Virus record (IMG/VR): IMGVR_UViG_3300046788_000246
Span: 1-42,658 of that record
Reading direction: 5' to 3' (one strand)
DNA from: a virus
Lineage: Duplodnaviria > Caudoviricetes
Length of the DNA: 42,658 nt
In this document: in pieces, positions 26,508 to 35,713 of the stretch
Position numbering within the stretch: the first letter of the stretch is position 1
Layout: each line of letters starts with the position of its first letter
Notes under the pieces: generated by a model
What the model saw: only the letters and a program-made list of their open reading frames with translations
The model's database searches: none
What the model was told of the DNA's origin: nothing
Made by a program: the position numbers and the translations under genes

Positions 26508-26758
26508 CAGGTCAGCAGCGCCAACGGCACCAGGCCCGCATGCGAGATGATGCGGATCGATGGGATGCCGAACGCCAACGCCACCAGCATGTAGAGCCCG
26601 ATCAGCGCGACCACGGCGATGTAGAGCTTGCGCACCATGTCCGGAACGGCAAACCCGATCCAACTGCAGAACCATAGGATGATCGCCCCGACCAACAGCA
26701 GGATGGCGATGACAATGGCGATGTTGATGATGCCCAGAATGAGTCCGCTCAAACTCAT
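26507..26758 (-). CDS. small two-TM membrane protein
   Basis: Two long hydrophobic helices; GGAGG RBS. Confidence 0.7.
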   Translation of the reverse strand: MSLSGLILGIINIAIVIAILLLVGAIILWFCSWIGFAVPDMVRKLYIAVVALIGLYMLVALAFGIPSIRIISHAGLVPLALLT

Positions 26759-26773
26759 GTGACTACCCTCCCG

Positions 26774-27325
26774 TTAGGATTTGGTCATCTCGACCCGGTA
26801 GAGAGCGCCAAATGTTTTGGCCTCGGCGGTAACGATCTCGACCAGATGGAACTTCTTGGGAATGCGAACGCTCTCATGTCCGGAGTATTTGGGTTGCTTG
26901 TCGTCGGCCGACATCAGCAGCGGCACGCCGCCGGACTTGCGATCGACACGAAACAGCCGCCCAGGGTAGTCCTTCGCGCTGACGCCCTGTGCTTCGGTCG
27001 CAAAGCTCAAGGGAATCCAAAGCAACGGCTTTCCCTGGATGACGGCGCCGTCCTGGAACACTCGCCAATACGGCACCGCTTCCCGGATCGTGATGGTGCG
27101 GATGGTGCCGCTGCCGCTGACGTCTGACGTCAATCCCTCGGTGGTCCAGCGCGAACCGAAATTGCCGGCCGATGTAATATCCTCTCGGCCTTTCTCAACC
27201 ATCGTCTCGGCAAGCTGATCGGTGGCCGTGTCGATTGCCGCTTGGACCTTCAGCCGATACTTTTCCAGATTGCGATCAAGTTGTGCGTCGAACGTTGGAC
27301 TCTCAACGCGAATGCCGATCGCCAT
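26774..27325 (-). CDS. HK97 gp10-like neck/tail-completion protein
   Basis: Basic 183-aa protein with VPYWRVFQDGAVI and LWIPL motifs, in the head module. Confidence 0.55.
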   Translation of the reverse strand: MAIGIRVESPTFDAQLDRNLEKYRLKVQAAIDTATDQLAETMVEKGREDITSAGNFGSRWTTEGLTSDVSGSGTIRTITIREAVPYWRVFQDGAVIQGKPLLWIPLSFATEAQGVSAKDYPGRLFRVDRKSGGVPLLMSADDKQPKYSGHESVRIPKKFHLVEIVTAEAKTFGALYRVEMTKS

Positions 27326-27498
27326 CAGATCTGCTCTATCGATGCGGGCGCGTCACGCGGAACTTCAAGAATCAGTTTGCGACCATCCGCAAGCGATGCC
27401 ACGAGTAGCGTCGCATCGCGCTTGCCTACAGGCTCAAACTTGGCATTCACATAAGCCAGAACAGCCGGCTGTCCATCTACAGTGCCCTGCTCGATCAT
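27325..27498 (-). CDS. 57-aa protein, candidate immunity partner of the MuF C-terminal domain (not in ORF track)
   Basis: MIEQGTVDGQPAVLAYVNAKFEPVGKRDATLLVASLADGRKLILEVPRDAPASIEQI; ATGA overlap with the MuF stop and TGATG overlap with the next gene. Confidence 0.7.
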   Translation of the reverse strand: MIEQGTVDGQPAVLAYVNAKFEPVGKRDATLLVASLADGRKLILEVPRDAPASIEQI

Positions 27499-29684
27499 GT
27501 AATCTTCTTCTTGGAAATGCGATCAACAGTCCGATAGAGATTGCGCCACAACGTGGTGCCCTTGGCCTCGCCTGCCGCCTTTGCCACATAACCCTCCGGC
27601 GTCTTAGCCACCGTCTTGAGACGCTCGCTGATGATCCGGCTGTAACCAAGATGCTCCGGGAATTGCCCGGTCGTGTATTTGATACGCGCCATCTCGGCGA
27701 GTGTTTCGTGAAAGGCAATGTTGTGCGAAACATTGTGTTCATGATAGCCCTTCCAATACTCTGCGCTATAATCCGACACACCATCTCCCTTGTGAAACTC
27801 CTCAGTGCCGTGCGCATAAAGCGCATCGTGCATCGCAGTATAGTCAGGATATTTCTTGTCGTAGGGTTCGCGCAGACTGCCGTCGGGTTTCATCATCGCA
27901 TCAGTGCCGCCGCGCTTGCCCCACCAATATGGGTGATCCGGATCAGGCGCCGGACCAGGGTCTTTCGAAATGGCATCGGATTCACGTCGATAAGCATCGA
28001 GCGCACCCTGAAACTTTTCATGCTCGATCTCGTGCGCAGTGACACCAGCCACGCTTTCCGGCTGCAAATGTTCCGCATATAACCGGATGCGGCCCTGTTC
28101 GCCCTTCGTGATCTCCGCGTCACCGGCTGCTACATGCATTACGCCATTGACATCGAATTGCCGCGTGCCCGCCACAACGTCTATGCGTGAACTATCGAAA
28201 CCGAGGTCCGCGGAAACTTTATCAGCCGTGGCCCGAACCTGCTCGTGGCTCATGCCGCTTGCTTTTTCACCACCCTCCGCGCCGCCAGCCGGGCCACCGC
28301 CAGTCCATTTGCCAGACGGATCGCGCGGTTGATCCGGGCTATAGTCAGGCAGCAGGGCGGCGTCTTGTCCGAGTACGGGCGCGCCGAATCCCAGGAGTGA
28401 AAGCTGCGCAGGATCAACGAGCACCGGCACAAGCGAGCAGCGGCAATTCGGATGCGCAGGAATCAGGAAGTCCGCCTCATCGAGCGTGTATGGTCCAGCA
28501 TCAGCGATGTCGTTGCACTCGTCACAAACGCGATCATCGCCAGCGGTTTGCACATTCACTTGTTCTTCTTCTTCTTCGGGTGCTACCGCTTCGGCTGCAG
28601 CTTCGATCGAGCCGACCTCTTCAGCCGCCGCCGCTGCGGCTTCCTCGGTCGCTGCCTCCGCGGCTGTTTGCTCGACTGCCTGCTCGGCCGCTTGCGCCGC
28701 ATACTCGGCCGCGCGCGCCTCTTTTCTAGCGGCAAGCACCTCCTGCCAGGCCGCCGCAGCCTCTTTTTCTCTTGCCGCCGTAGCGGCCTTCGCTGCCGCT
28801 ACTTCCTCGCTCGCCCGCGCGCGAGAGATCGCCAATCCGGATTGAGCTTCGGCCCGGCTCAGGCTCAACATCGCGCCAGCCTTGTGGGCCTCGATCTCGG
28901 CCGCCACCCGCGCCTGTTCGGCTTCCAGCTCCGCTTGCGCCACCGCTTGCTCGGCTTCCCGTTGGCGTTGCTGGGCCGCAAGCAACTCGTTTGCCGCCCG
29001 CAGTTTTCGTTCCTCTAGGGTCTCGGCGTCACGCATCCGATGATCGTGCCGCAAATGATCCCGCTTCAAGAACCGCGAGGGCTTACGCGGCTCGAGACGT
29101 TCCGGAACGATACCGACCCGCGTGATGCCGGCGGCGCGGAATTGCGCTAGCCGACCGGAGTTGTGCAGCTTGACCGTTAACGTGTTGGCCGCTGACCGCA
29201 CGCGTGCGTCACCGACCTTCCGTAGCACCGGGAGAACCTGGCGGTACATCGGTTGCGGCTTGCGCCGACCGAGCGCGGCGCCGGCGGCCTGCCTGGTCAC
29301 CTGCTGCACCAAGGCCGCCGCGATGCCCGCGAACTCGCGACCGGCGAGCTCGCGGAACACCGCCGGCAGTGGCGCGGCACCGGGAGGCGTGTGTGTCAGC
29401 GCACTGCCTACTGCAAATCCGGAAGCGTAGGCGCGCTCGAGGAACCGCTCCCACCAGCGGCCACCGAGCAACTGCGCGTTAACCGTCTGCTCGAACCATT
29501 GCATGAACGCCGCGAGCCGATTACCCGGATGCGGCAGCAACTGCGCCAGCGGATTGCCGCGCGCCGCCATCAGGTCGTGCTCGACCAGCATTGTGTGCGT
29601 CAGCGAGCGTACTCGCGCCAGGCGGCGATTGCCTTCGGCCAGGAACGATCGCCGCAGGCCCGCCGTGCCGGTCGGGTCGCTCAC
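27495..29684 (-). CDS. MuF/SPP1 gp7-like minor head protein with C-terminal HExxH metalloprotease-like domain
   Basis: TAGDDRVCDEC...IPAHPNCRCSLVP (MuF); QPRDPSGKWT linker; AHEIEH...VSDYS...HETLAE zincin motifs. Confidence 0.8.
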   Translation of the reverse strand: MSDPTGTAGLRRSFLAEGNRRLARVRSLTHTMLVEHDLMAARGNPLAQLLPHPGNRLAAFMQWFEQTVNAQLLGGRWWERFLERAYASGFAVGSALTHTPPGAAPLPAVFRELAGREFAGIAAALVQQVTRQAAGAALGRRKPQPMYRQVLPVLRKVGDARVRSAANTLTVKLHNSGRLAQFRAAGITRVGIVPERLEPRKPSRFLKRDHLRHDHRMRDAETLEERKLRAANELLAAQQRQREAEQAVAQAELEAEQARVAAEIEAHKAGAMLSLSRAEAQSGLAISRARASEEVAAAKAATAAREKEAAAAWQEVLAARKEARAAEYAAQAAEQAVEQTAAEAATEEAAAAAAEEVGSIEAAAEAVAPEEEEEQVNVQTAGDDRVCDECNDIADAGPYTLDEADFLIPAHPNCRCSLVPVLVDPAQLSLLGFGAPVLGQDAALLPDYSPDQPRDPSGKWTGGGPAGGAEGGEKASGMSHEQVRATADKVSADLGFDSSRIDVVAGTRQFDVNGVMHVAAGDAEITKGEQGRIRLYAEHLQPESVAGVTAHEIEHEKFQGALDAYRRESDAISKDPGPAPDPDHPYWWGKRGGTDAMMKPDGSLREPYDKKYPDYTAMHDALYAHGTEEFHKGDGVSDYSAEYWKGYHEHNVSHNIAFHETLAEMARIKYTTGQFPEHLGYSRIISERLKTVAKTPEGYVAKAAGEAKGTTLWRNLYRTVDRISKKKIT

Positions 29685-30052
29685 CGAACGGCGCCTCCCG
29701 CAGCGTCGGGCACATCGATCGCCACCGCAAACTCGCGCAGATCTTGCTGCGGCACGGGAGCGGCACGCGTGCCCGAGCGAAACTTGATGAAAGCCACGGC
29801 ACGCCCGACATCATGCGAGATGAGCACCGCCGCACCCGGAACCACCACCGGCAACGTCACCTCATGACCATCGAGCGTGAATAGATCATTGTAGAACACG
29901 CCGTCCGTGCTGATCTGGAACGTCAGCGGCGCCGCCTCCGACCAGGCACCCGGCATGGTGATCCGCACCAGTTCGCCTGGCGTGCAGTCGATTTCATTCG
30001 AGAGCGACTCGCCGGCGTCGATGAATGGGCCGTTCAAGACCTGCAAGGTCAT
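29681..30052 (-). CDS. hypothetical beta-rich virion protein
   Basis: AAGGAG RBS before ATG 30052; IDAGESLS...ITMPGAW...LTFQISTDG pattern. Confidence 0.7.
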   Translation of the reverse strand: MTLQVLNGPFIDAGESLSNEIDCTPGELVRITMPGAWSEAAPLTFQISTDGVFYNDLFTLDGHEVTLPVVVPGAAVLISHDVGRAVAFIKFRSGTRAAPVPQQDLREFAVAIDVPDAAGGAVR

Positions 30053-30062
30053 GAGTTTCTCC

Positions 30063-31550
30063 TTACGGCGCTGGAGGCATAGGCTTGGGTGGTGTTGGTG
30101 GCGGCGGCGGCACGTTGGGATCACCCGGCGGCGCATTCGGATCGGGCGGCTGCCCCGTGAACGGAGCGAGCTGCGGCGGTGGTGCGGGCGCGTTCTGCTC
30201 CTCGATCGTATCGCCCTCGGCCGCCGCATCCTGGAGCGCCTGCTCGAGCCCTGGATAGAACCCGTCCTCAATCAACTGATTGATGCGCGCATGCGCCAGC
30301 GCGGTCGCCGGGATCTGGCCCTCGTCAGCGTCGATCTTGTAGGTCTGCGCCTTCTTCAGCGCCAAGTCCGCCTTCTCGCCGTCGGTCTGTTGCCACAGCG
30401 AGTTCCATTCGTAATAGATTTCGTCGGGCCGGTCGCCCAACGACGAGCGGATTAGCACCTCGTCGAGAATGTTCATCGCCGGTGTCAGGTTGACCGACTG
30501 CTCGCTCGCTAGCCGATCGTAGTAATTCCGGAAATCTGCCTCACCGGTGGTGTTGAGGCCGCGATGCGGAAGACCCAGAAACCGCGAGGCTGGAATATCG
30601 GCGGCGCCCGACGTGATCTGCAGGTAGGCCGTCAGCAAGGCCTCGGCTCCCGCCAGGTTGGTCCCGATGCGCTGCCACTCCTCGCCGGAATCCAGCAGGA
30701 TGGTGTTGATGATCGACTTGGCGGCGTTGGCGTTCTTAAACCGGCTGATGATCTTTTGCGTGCCGGGGGCGGTCGACAGCTCCTCGCTTAGGTTGGGCAC
30801 CTTGATGACATCTATCTTCATCTCCGACATCAACGTCGCCAACGATCCAGCAATCAACCCGCACGCCTTAATGGCACTGTTGATCGGCTGCAACACGCTA
30901 TCGCCGAACGATGACGTGCTCGAGGTGAGAATGTCGGGGGGCGGCAGTCCGACGAACCGCACGACGCGCGACGGATGCAGTTTGACTTGCAAACCAGGCA
31001 TCTGCGAGAACGACGCGGAATTGGTCAGCACGGGGCGGCCAAATCGCTCGAACTGTGTCTGCAACTGATACCAACTGGGCTGCCCCCAGTATGGCGAGCT
31101 TACGTCCCAGACTGTGTCGCCCATCGACAAATAGTGCCACGGCACCACGTGCAGGAACTTCAGATCGCCCTCGCCGACCGCTTCAGGGACGAGCTCCTCC
31201 TCTGGATTGCCGGATTCGACCCCGATGACGATGACCGAGCCGCCGTACAGCCGCGCCTTGACCAGCGCCTGCTGCACCTTCATCCGCACGAACAATTTTC
31301 GCTCGCACATCTCGAGCTTGGTGATCTGGTCCTGCTCGGCCTGCCACGCCCGCCATTCCCGCGTCATGTCAAAGGCCGGAATATCGATGCACTTGCGCGC
31401 GATCCAGTCGCCGCGATAGGCGATCTCACATTCGGCCAACGACATCGGGTCGAACGTGTATTCCTGCGACGCGAATTTGTCGCGGCCAGGCACACCGAGG
31501 CCAGCGAGCAGATTTTGCATGCCGTCACGTAGTTTTGTGACGACGCCCAT
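30063..31550 (-). CDS. portal protein (DUF1073 family)
   Basis: YRGDWIARKCIDIPAFDMTREWR, ARLYGGS, LHPSRVVRF, GAADIPASRFLG and DFRNYYD motifs; follows the terminase. Confidence 0.9.
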   Translation of the reverse strand: MGVVTKLRDGMQNLLAGLGVPGRDKFASQEYTFDPMSLAECEIAYRGDWIARKCIDIPAFDMTREWRAWQAEQDQITKLEMCERKLFVRMKVQQALVKARLYGGSVIVIGVESGNPEEELVPEAVGEGDLKFLHVVPWHYLSMGDTVWDVSSPYWGQPSWYQLQTQFERFGRPVLTNSASFSQMPGLQVKLHPSRVVRFVGLPPPDILTSSTSSFGDSVLQPINSAIKACGLIAGSLATLMSEMKIDVIKVPNLSEELSTAPGTQKIISRFKNANAAKSIINTILLDSGEEWQRIGTNLAGAEALLTAYLQITSGAADIPASRFLGLPHRGLNTTGEADFRNYYDRLASEQSVNLTPAMNILDEVLIRSSLGDRPDEIYYEWNSLWQQTDGEKADLALKKAQTYKIDADEGQIPATALAHARINQLIEDGFYPGLEQALQDAAAEGDTIEEQNAPAPPPQLAPFTGQPPDPNAPPGDPNVPPPPPTPPKPMPPAP

Positions 31551-31714
31551 CAAGCGCGAGCCTCAAACCTGTCACGCAATTTTTCGAGCATGGCTTGCAG
31601 TACGCTTTCCATCGCGCTCAGCAACGCTTCCTGTCGTTCTGGTTCGCTGCGATGGTCGCTATCGCAAACAGCAACGAGCACATCGAGTATTTGCTGATAG
31701 GTCTCGTGTTCCAT
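31550..31714 (-). CDS. small hypothetical protein (54 aa)
   Basis: Fills the terminase-portal gap; TGATG overlap with the portal start. Confidence 0.5.
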   Translation of the reverse strand: MEHETYQQILDVLVAVCDSDHRSEPERQEALLSAMESVLQAMLEKLRDRFEARA

Positions 31715-31724
31715 TTTTAAGGTC

Positions 31725-32993
31725 TCAGCTCGCCATGGCGTCGAGATTGTACCCGCGCTTCTTGCGCTCGAAGCACGCCCAGGCAAGTGCCAGCGCGCAT
31801 ACGCAGTCGTCATGCTGTCCGGGAGGCGCTGAATAGCGCACGCCGAGCGCGGTGTATGAATATTCGAACTCGGACAACTCGATGCTGATCGGCCCTTGCG
31901 GAAAGCGCACCTTGCGTTCGTGGATCGCCAGCGCCAGACCTTCCATCAGCATCTGCTTGGATGCGCTGGTGAACCGAAACCCTTCCAGCCGCGGGCACGA
32001 CAATTCGTAGACGTCCGCGCCATTGCCGCTCTTGCTGTGATCAGGGCGCTTGATCGCCTCGACGATGGGATCACCAACACCGGTCTCATCGATCAGAGCC
32101 GGCGTCCTGGCGACAAACTTCTTGATGATCTTGACTTGTTCCGACCACGGTTTCTGAAACCGCAGCGCAATGGCGACGCAGCCCTCGGCATCAAGCCCGA
32201 TGCCCACCGTCCAGTCCTGCTTGCGCGCCAGATCCCAACCCCACGCAACCGCCGGCTTGCCGGACAGCGGCGCGATGCAGGCGCGTATGTGGTCGGCACC
32301 GAACGGATTTCCTTCGTCATCGCTCGGCTCGGCGAGGTAGAGCTCGCGGAACACATGGTCCGGCAGCATCGACTTGGCCGACTCGATCTCCGCGTCGGCC
32401 AGCACACCAGCCGCCACAGCGTCATAGGCCGTGAGCTTATGGTATCCGAGTTCCGGAAAGCCAGCCTCTGCCTTGCGCGCGAGCTGATAGAACCAGTTCT
32501 TTCGTCCTTTGACGTTGCCGATGATGCGGATCGGCCCGCGCGTTGCGGTGAGGGTCGAGCGGATGGCGTGCCAGCTTTCCTCTTTGAAACGCGACGCCTC
32601 GTCAATCACCGCCGCATAGACGTCTTCGCCATAGAGCGAGTCGGAATGATCGCCGCTGCGGAACGCAATCACCGCGCCGCGCGCGTTGGTCAGCGTGTGA
32701 TCGCTGAGATTGACCGCGAATATCGGCAAGCCGTCCTGGTCCACGAAATGCTGGCGCATGCGGTTGAACGCGATGCGTGCCTGCAGGCTCACCGGCGCAA
32801 CCCACCAGAAGTTTTGTCCGGGCGCGCCTTGCAGCGCCTTCTCGTACAGCCAAATAATGCCGCTTACGGTCTTGCCGCTCTTGCTGCTCGCCTCGATGAC
32901 GGAGATGCGGCGCGGATCAAACATCGCCGCCATCTGCTTGGAATACAGCGGCGGCCGTTGATAGATGATCTCCTGCGGCACCTGCTCGAGCAT
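31725..32993 (-). CDS. terL: terminase large subunit
   Basis: Walker A-like ASSKSGKT, Walker B AVIDEA, nuclease GWDLARKQDWT and HDDCVCALALAW. Confidence 0.95.
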   Translation of the reverse strand: MLEQVPQEIIYQRPPLYSKQMAAMFDPRRISVIEASSKSGKTVSGIIWLYEKALQGAPGQNFWWVAPVSLQARIAFNRMRQHFVDQDGLPIFAVNLSDHTLTNARGAVIAFRSGDHSDSLYGEDVYAAVIDEASRFKEESWHAIRSTLTATRGPIRIIGNVKGRKNWFYQLARKAEAGFPELGYHKLTAYDAVAAGVLADAEIESAKSMLPDHVFRELYLAEPSDDEGNPFGADHIRACIAPLSGKPAVAWGWDLARKQDWTVGIGLDAEGCVAIALRFQKPWSEQVKIIKKFVARTPALIDETGVGDPIVEAIKRPDHSKSGNGADVYELSCPRLEGFRFTSASKQMLMEGLALAIHERKVRFPQGPISIELSEFEYSYTALGVRYSAPPGQHDDCVCALALAWACFERKKRGYNLDAMAS

Positions 32994-33526
32994 TACGCCG
33001 CAGCCTCGTCGTCGACCGCAGCAGGCTGCTCCTCGACCTCCGTCGCATCACCCTCGATGGTCGCGTCGCTGTATACCTTGCCGCCGCGCTCATCGAGAAT
33101 CGTGCAATTGACGATGGTGCGCTGCCGCTCGCCCTGCGGCACCATCGCGATCGCCGCCAGCCGCGGCGCCTCGTATGGCGTGATCGCCTCGAGGTATCGC
33201 AACTGCAGCATCGCGAGATCCATAAAGATCTTGTAGTCGCCGCCTTTCCGCGGCTCACCATTGGGCTCCCACGGTTGTTTGAGCGCCATCGCCGAGCCGA
33301 GATAGCGCGCGGTCTTGCGTAAGCTCGTCAGCGAGAGCTCATGCACGGCCGGCGCGTTCGCTCTGGCTTTCTCGATCGCCGCGATGGTGCGCTTGTTGAG
33401 CGCTCCGGCCGGGCGGCCACCCTTGGTGGGATTGTTTGGGTCCTTCGCCCGCGACTTGCGTTTGTACGGCTCAGGGGATTTGGAAATGTCGGCAAAGTTG
33501 AATGGCTTATCGGGGGGCGTCGTCAT
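32993..33526 (-). CDS. terS: terminase small subunit (putative)
   Basis: KGGRPAGALNKRT motif; TAATG-coupled directly upstream of TerL. Confidence 0.7.
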   Translation of the reverse strand: MTTPPDKPFNFADISKSPEPYKRKSRAKDPNNPTKGGRPAGALNKRTIAAIEKARANAPAVHELSLTSLRKTARYLGSAMALKQPWEPNGEPRKGGDYKIFMDLAMLQLRYLEAITPYEAPRLAAIAMVPQGERQRTIVNCTILDERGGKVYSDATIEGDATEVEEQPAAVDDEAAA

Positions 33527-34830
33527 GCCGGTACCGCGGCCTCTTCGGGTTGATGCTCAGGCCTGGCCACGCGCTCGGCCTTGACCTGCTCGAAGGTTTG
33601 CCCGTCGAGCGTGGCCTGCTCGCCGGTGAACGCCTGCCAGCGCAGCACCGCAACGTCGACGTAGGCGGGATTGATCTCGAGCGCGCGGCAGGCGCGCCCG
33701 GTCATCTCGGCCGCAATGATCGTGGTGCCCGAGCCGACGAACGGATCGTAGAGGACATCGCCGGCGGCCGAGTTGTTCTCGATCGGCCGCTTCATGCACT
33801 CGACCGGCTTCTGCGTGCTGTGACCGTGCCCACTGTCCTCGCGCGCCGGGATCTGCCACAGCGTCGTCTGGCTGCGGTCGCCAAGCCAGTGCCCGGTGGC
33901 GCCCTTGCGCACCGCATACCAACACGGCTCGTGCTGCCAATGATAATCGCCGCGCGAGAGCGCAAAGCGATCCTTCGCCCAGACGATCTGCGACCGGACT
34001 TCGAAGCCGGCCGCCTCAAGCGAGGCCTGCACGGTGCTCGCGTATTTTCCGGCGTGCCAACAGTATGCGGCATCGCCCGGAAACAGCACCCACGCCTCGC
34101 GCCAATCGGCGCGATCGTCATTGGCAACATCGCCCATCTTGCCGCGGTTGTTATTGACGCCGGCCTCGGCTCGCCACTTTGGATTGTAGTCGACCCCATA
34201 GGGCGGGTCGGTCACCATGAGATGCGGCGCCGAGCCGCCGAGCGCGAGCGCCACATCACCGGCGTTCGTGGCATCGCCGCAGACTAGACGGTGGTCCCCG
34301 AGCAACCAAACATCGCCCGGCTTGCTGACCGGAACCGCAGGCGCCTCAGGCACCTCGTCGGGATCCGTCAACCCCGCGTTGGCTGGATTAAGGAACGACG
34401 CCAATTCCGCATCACCGAACCCAAGCAGCGGCAGCTCAAACCCGTGCAGCTTCAACTCGCCGAGCTCGAGCTGCATGAGCTCCTGATCCCAACCGGCGAG
34501 CAGCGCGACCTGGTTGTCGGCAATTCGTAACGCGCGTTTGTCGTCGTCGGACAACCCACGCTGCATCACCACCGGGAACGTCTCGAAGCCAGCCTTGATC
34601 GCCGCCAGCCGCCGGCCATGCCCCTTGAGGATAACGCCGGCCTCGTCGACCACGATCGGCTGGTCCACGCCGTAGCGCAGCATGAGGTTGGCGAGCAGCT
34701 CGATCTGCTCGTCGCTGTGCGTGCGCGCGTTCTGCGGATACGGCGTGATAGCGGCCAGCGGCCGGGTCTCGACGTGCGCGGCCGGCTGTGCCTTCGTTTC
34801 CTTGGCTATTTTACTCGGGCCGCGCTTCAC
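33523..34830 (-). CDS. ParB-N domain / N6-N4 DNA methyltransferase fusion
   Basis: PYPQNARTH...PIVVD...GHGRRLAA...LRIADN (ParB/Srx); TDPPYG, HSTQKP and DPFVGSGTT (beta-class MTase). Confidence 0.9.
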   Translation of the reverse strand: MKRGPSKIAKETKAQPAAHVETRPLAAITPYPQNARTHSDEQIELLANLMLRYGVDQPIVVDEAGVILKGHGRRLAAIKAGFETFPVVMQRGLSDDDKRALRIADNQVALLAGWDQELMQLELGELKLHGFELPLLGFGDAELASFLNPANAGLTDPDEVPEAPAVPVSKPGDVWLLGDHRLVCGDATNAGDVALALGGSAPHLMVTDPPYGVDYNPKWRAEAGVNNNRGKMGDVANDDRADWREAWVLFPGDAAYCWHAGKYASTVQASLEAAGFEVRSQIVWAKDRFALSRGDYHWQHEPCWYAVRKGATGHWLGDRSQTTLWQIPAREDSGHGHSTQKPVECMKRPIENNSAAGDVLYDPFVGSGTTIIAAEMTGRACRALEINPAYVDVAVLRWQAFTGEQATLDGQTFEQVKAERVARPEHQPEEAAVPA

Positions 34831-34958
34831 GGTGGTTCACCTATCCGGCACACGGGCTACCCCGGCTTCAAAGGGGCGCGGGCGTCCATGCGTTGGTTTG
34901 CGCTGGCCGCTACCCACCTAGCGCGCCGGCGCAAAACGCACCAGCGGCCATTTGTGGG

Positions 34959-34974
34959 CGTTTCACGTGAAACA
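34959..34974. promoter_or_regulatory. parS: parS-like centromere site
   Basis: CGTTTCACGTGAAACA is a 15/16 match to the bacterial consensus TGTTTCACGTGAAACA; intergenic. Confidence 0.8.
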
Positions 34975-35122
34975 TGAATCCGGGGAATATTTGGAAACGC
35001 GCGCCGCGCGGTCGAGGGACGTGGATTTTGGCCCTCAATAGATGCGAGGAATGGAAACCAACAACAATGTAAAGAAACCAATGCACGCGACCGATGGAAC
35101 TTTGATTGATCGCGACTTGCGA

Positions 35123-35650
35123 CTAGTAGCTTGGATTGACGCGCACCGCAATAGGTAGCTCTGCGGATTGGATGATATCGCCGACCCCGAGCTCGATGCG
35201 GGTTTCGCGGCCAAACATTTCGAGCAGGACGATTTCGCGGGCGCGCGGGCTCATGCCCTGGTAGATCGCGTTGAAGCCACAGAACGATCCCGAGTTAATC
35301 CGCACGCTCTGGCCTGGCTTGAACACCCTCGACTTCGGTGGTTTTGGTAGTCTTACCAAACCGTTGCGCATGGTGGCGCCCTTGATTTTGTCGATTTCGG
35401 CGTCCGGGCAGCGTGCCGGATGATCGCCGGCCATGATCAGGCCGAGCACGCCGATGGTTTTGGTTATGACCCGCCAGCGGTCGACGACCCGCACGAACAG
35501 GTAGCTGGGAAACAGCGCCACGATGCGCGGCGTGCCGTTGATGTGGATCCGAATCCGCGGGGCGTAGATCTCAAAGCCTTCGCTGGCGATGCGGATCCCG
35601 ACGGAGGTTTCCCTCTGCGAGACGGTTTGCGCCACAGCCCAAAAGGTCAT
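35123..35650 (-). CDS. NusG/RfaH-like transcription antiterminator
   Basis: WAVAQT...LFPSYLFV (NGN domain) and FKPGQSVRINSGSFCGFNA...LLEMFGRETRIEL (KOW domain); upstream of the late operon. Confidence 0.9.
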   Translation of the reverse strand: MTFWAVAQTVSQRETSVGIRIASEGFEIYAPRIRIHINGTPRIVALFPSYLFVRVVDRWRVITKTIGVLGLIMAGDHPARCPDAEIDKIKGATMRNGLVRLPKPPKSRVFKPGQSVRINSGSFCGFNAIYQGMSPRAREIVLLEMFGRETRIELGVGDIIQSAELPIAVRVNPSY

Positions 35651-35713
35651 GGGCTTTGCCTTTAGCGCGGCAGCGGCGAGCGCGTCAAATTTCTGGGGCG
35701 CGAATACCAGGGG

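Noticed and set aside
30063-31550. Anti-CBASS Acb1 label sometimes given to DUF1073 proteins
   Set aside because: No fused 2H-phosphoesterase (HxT) domain seen; size, motifs and position fit a plain portal
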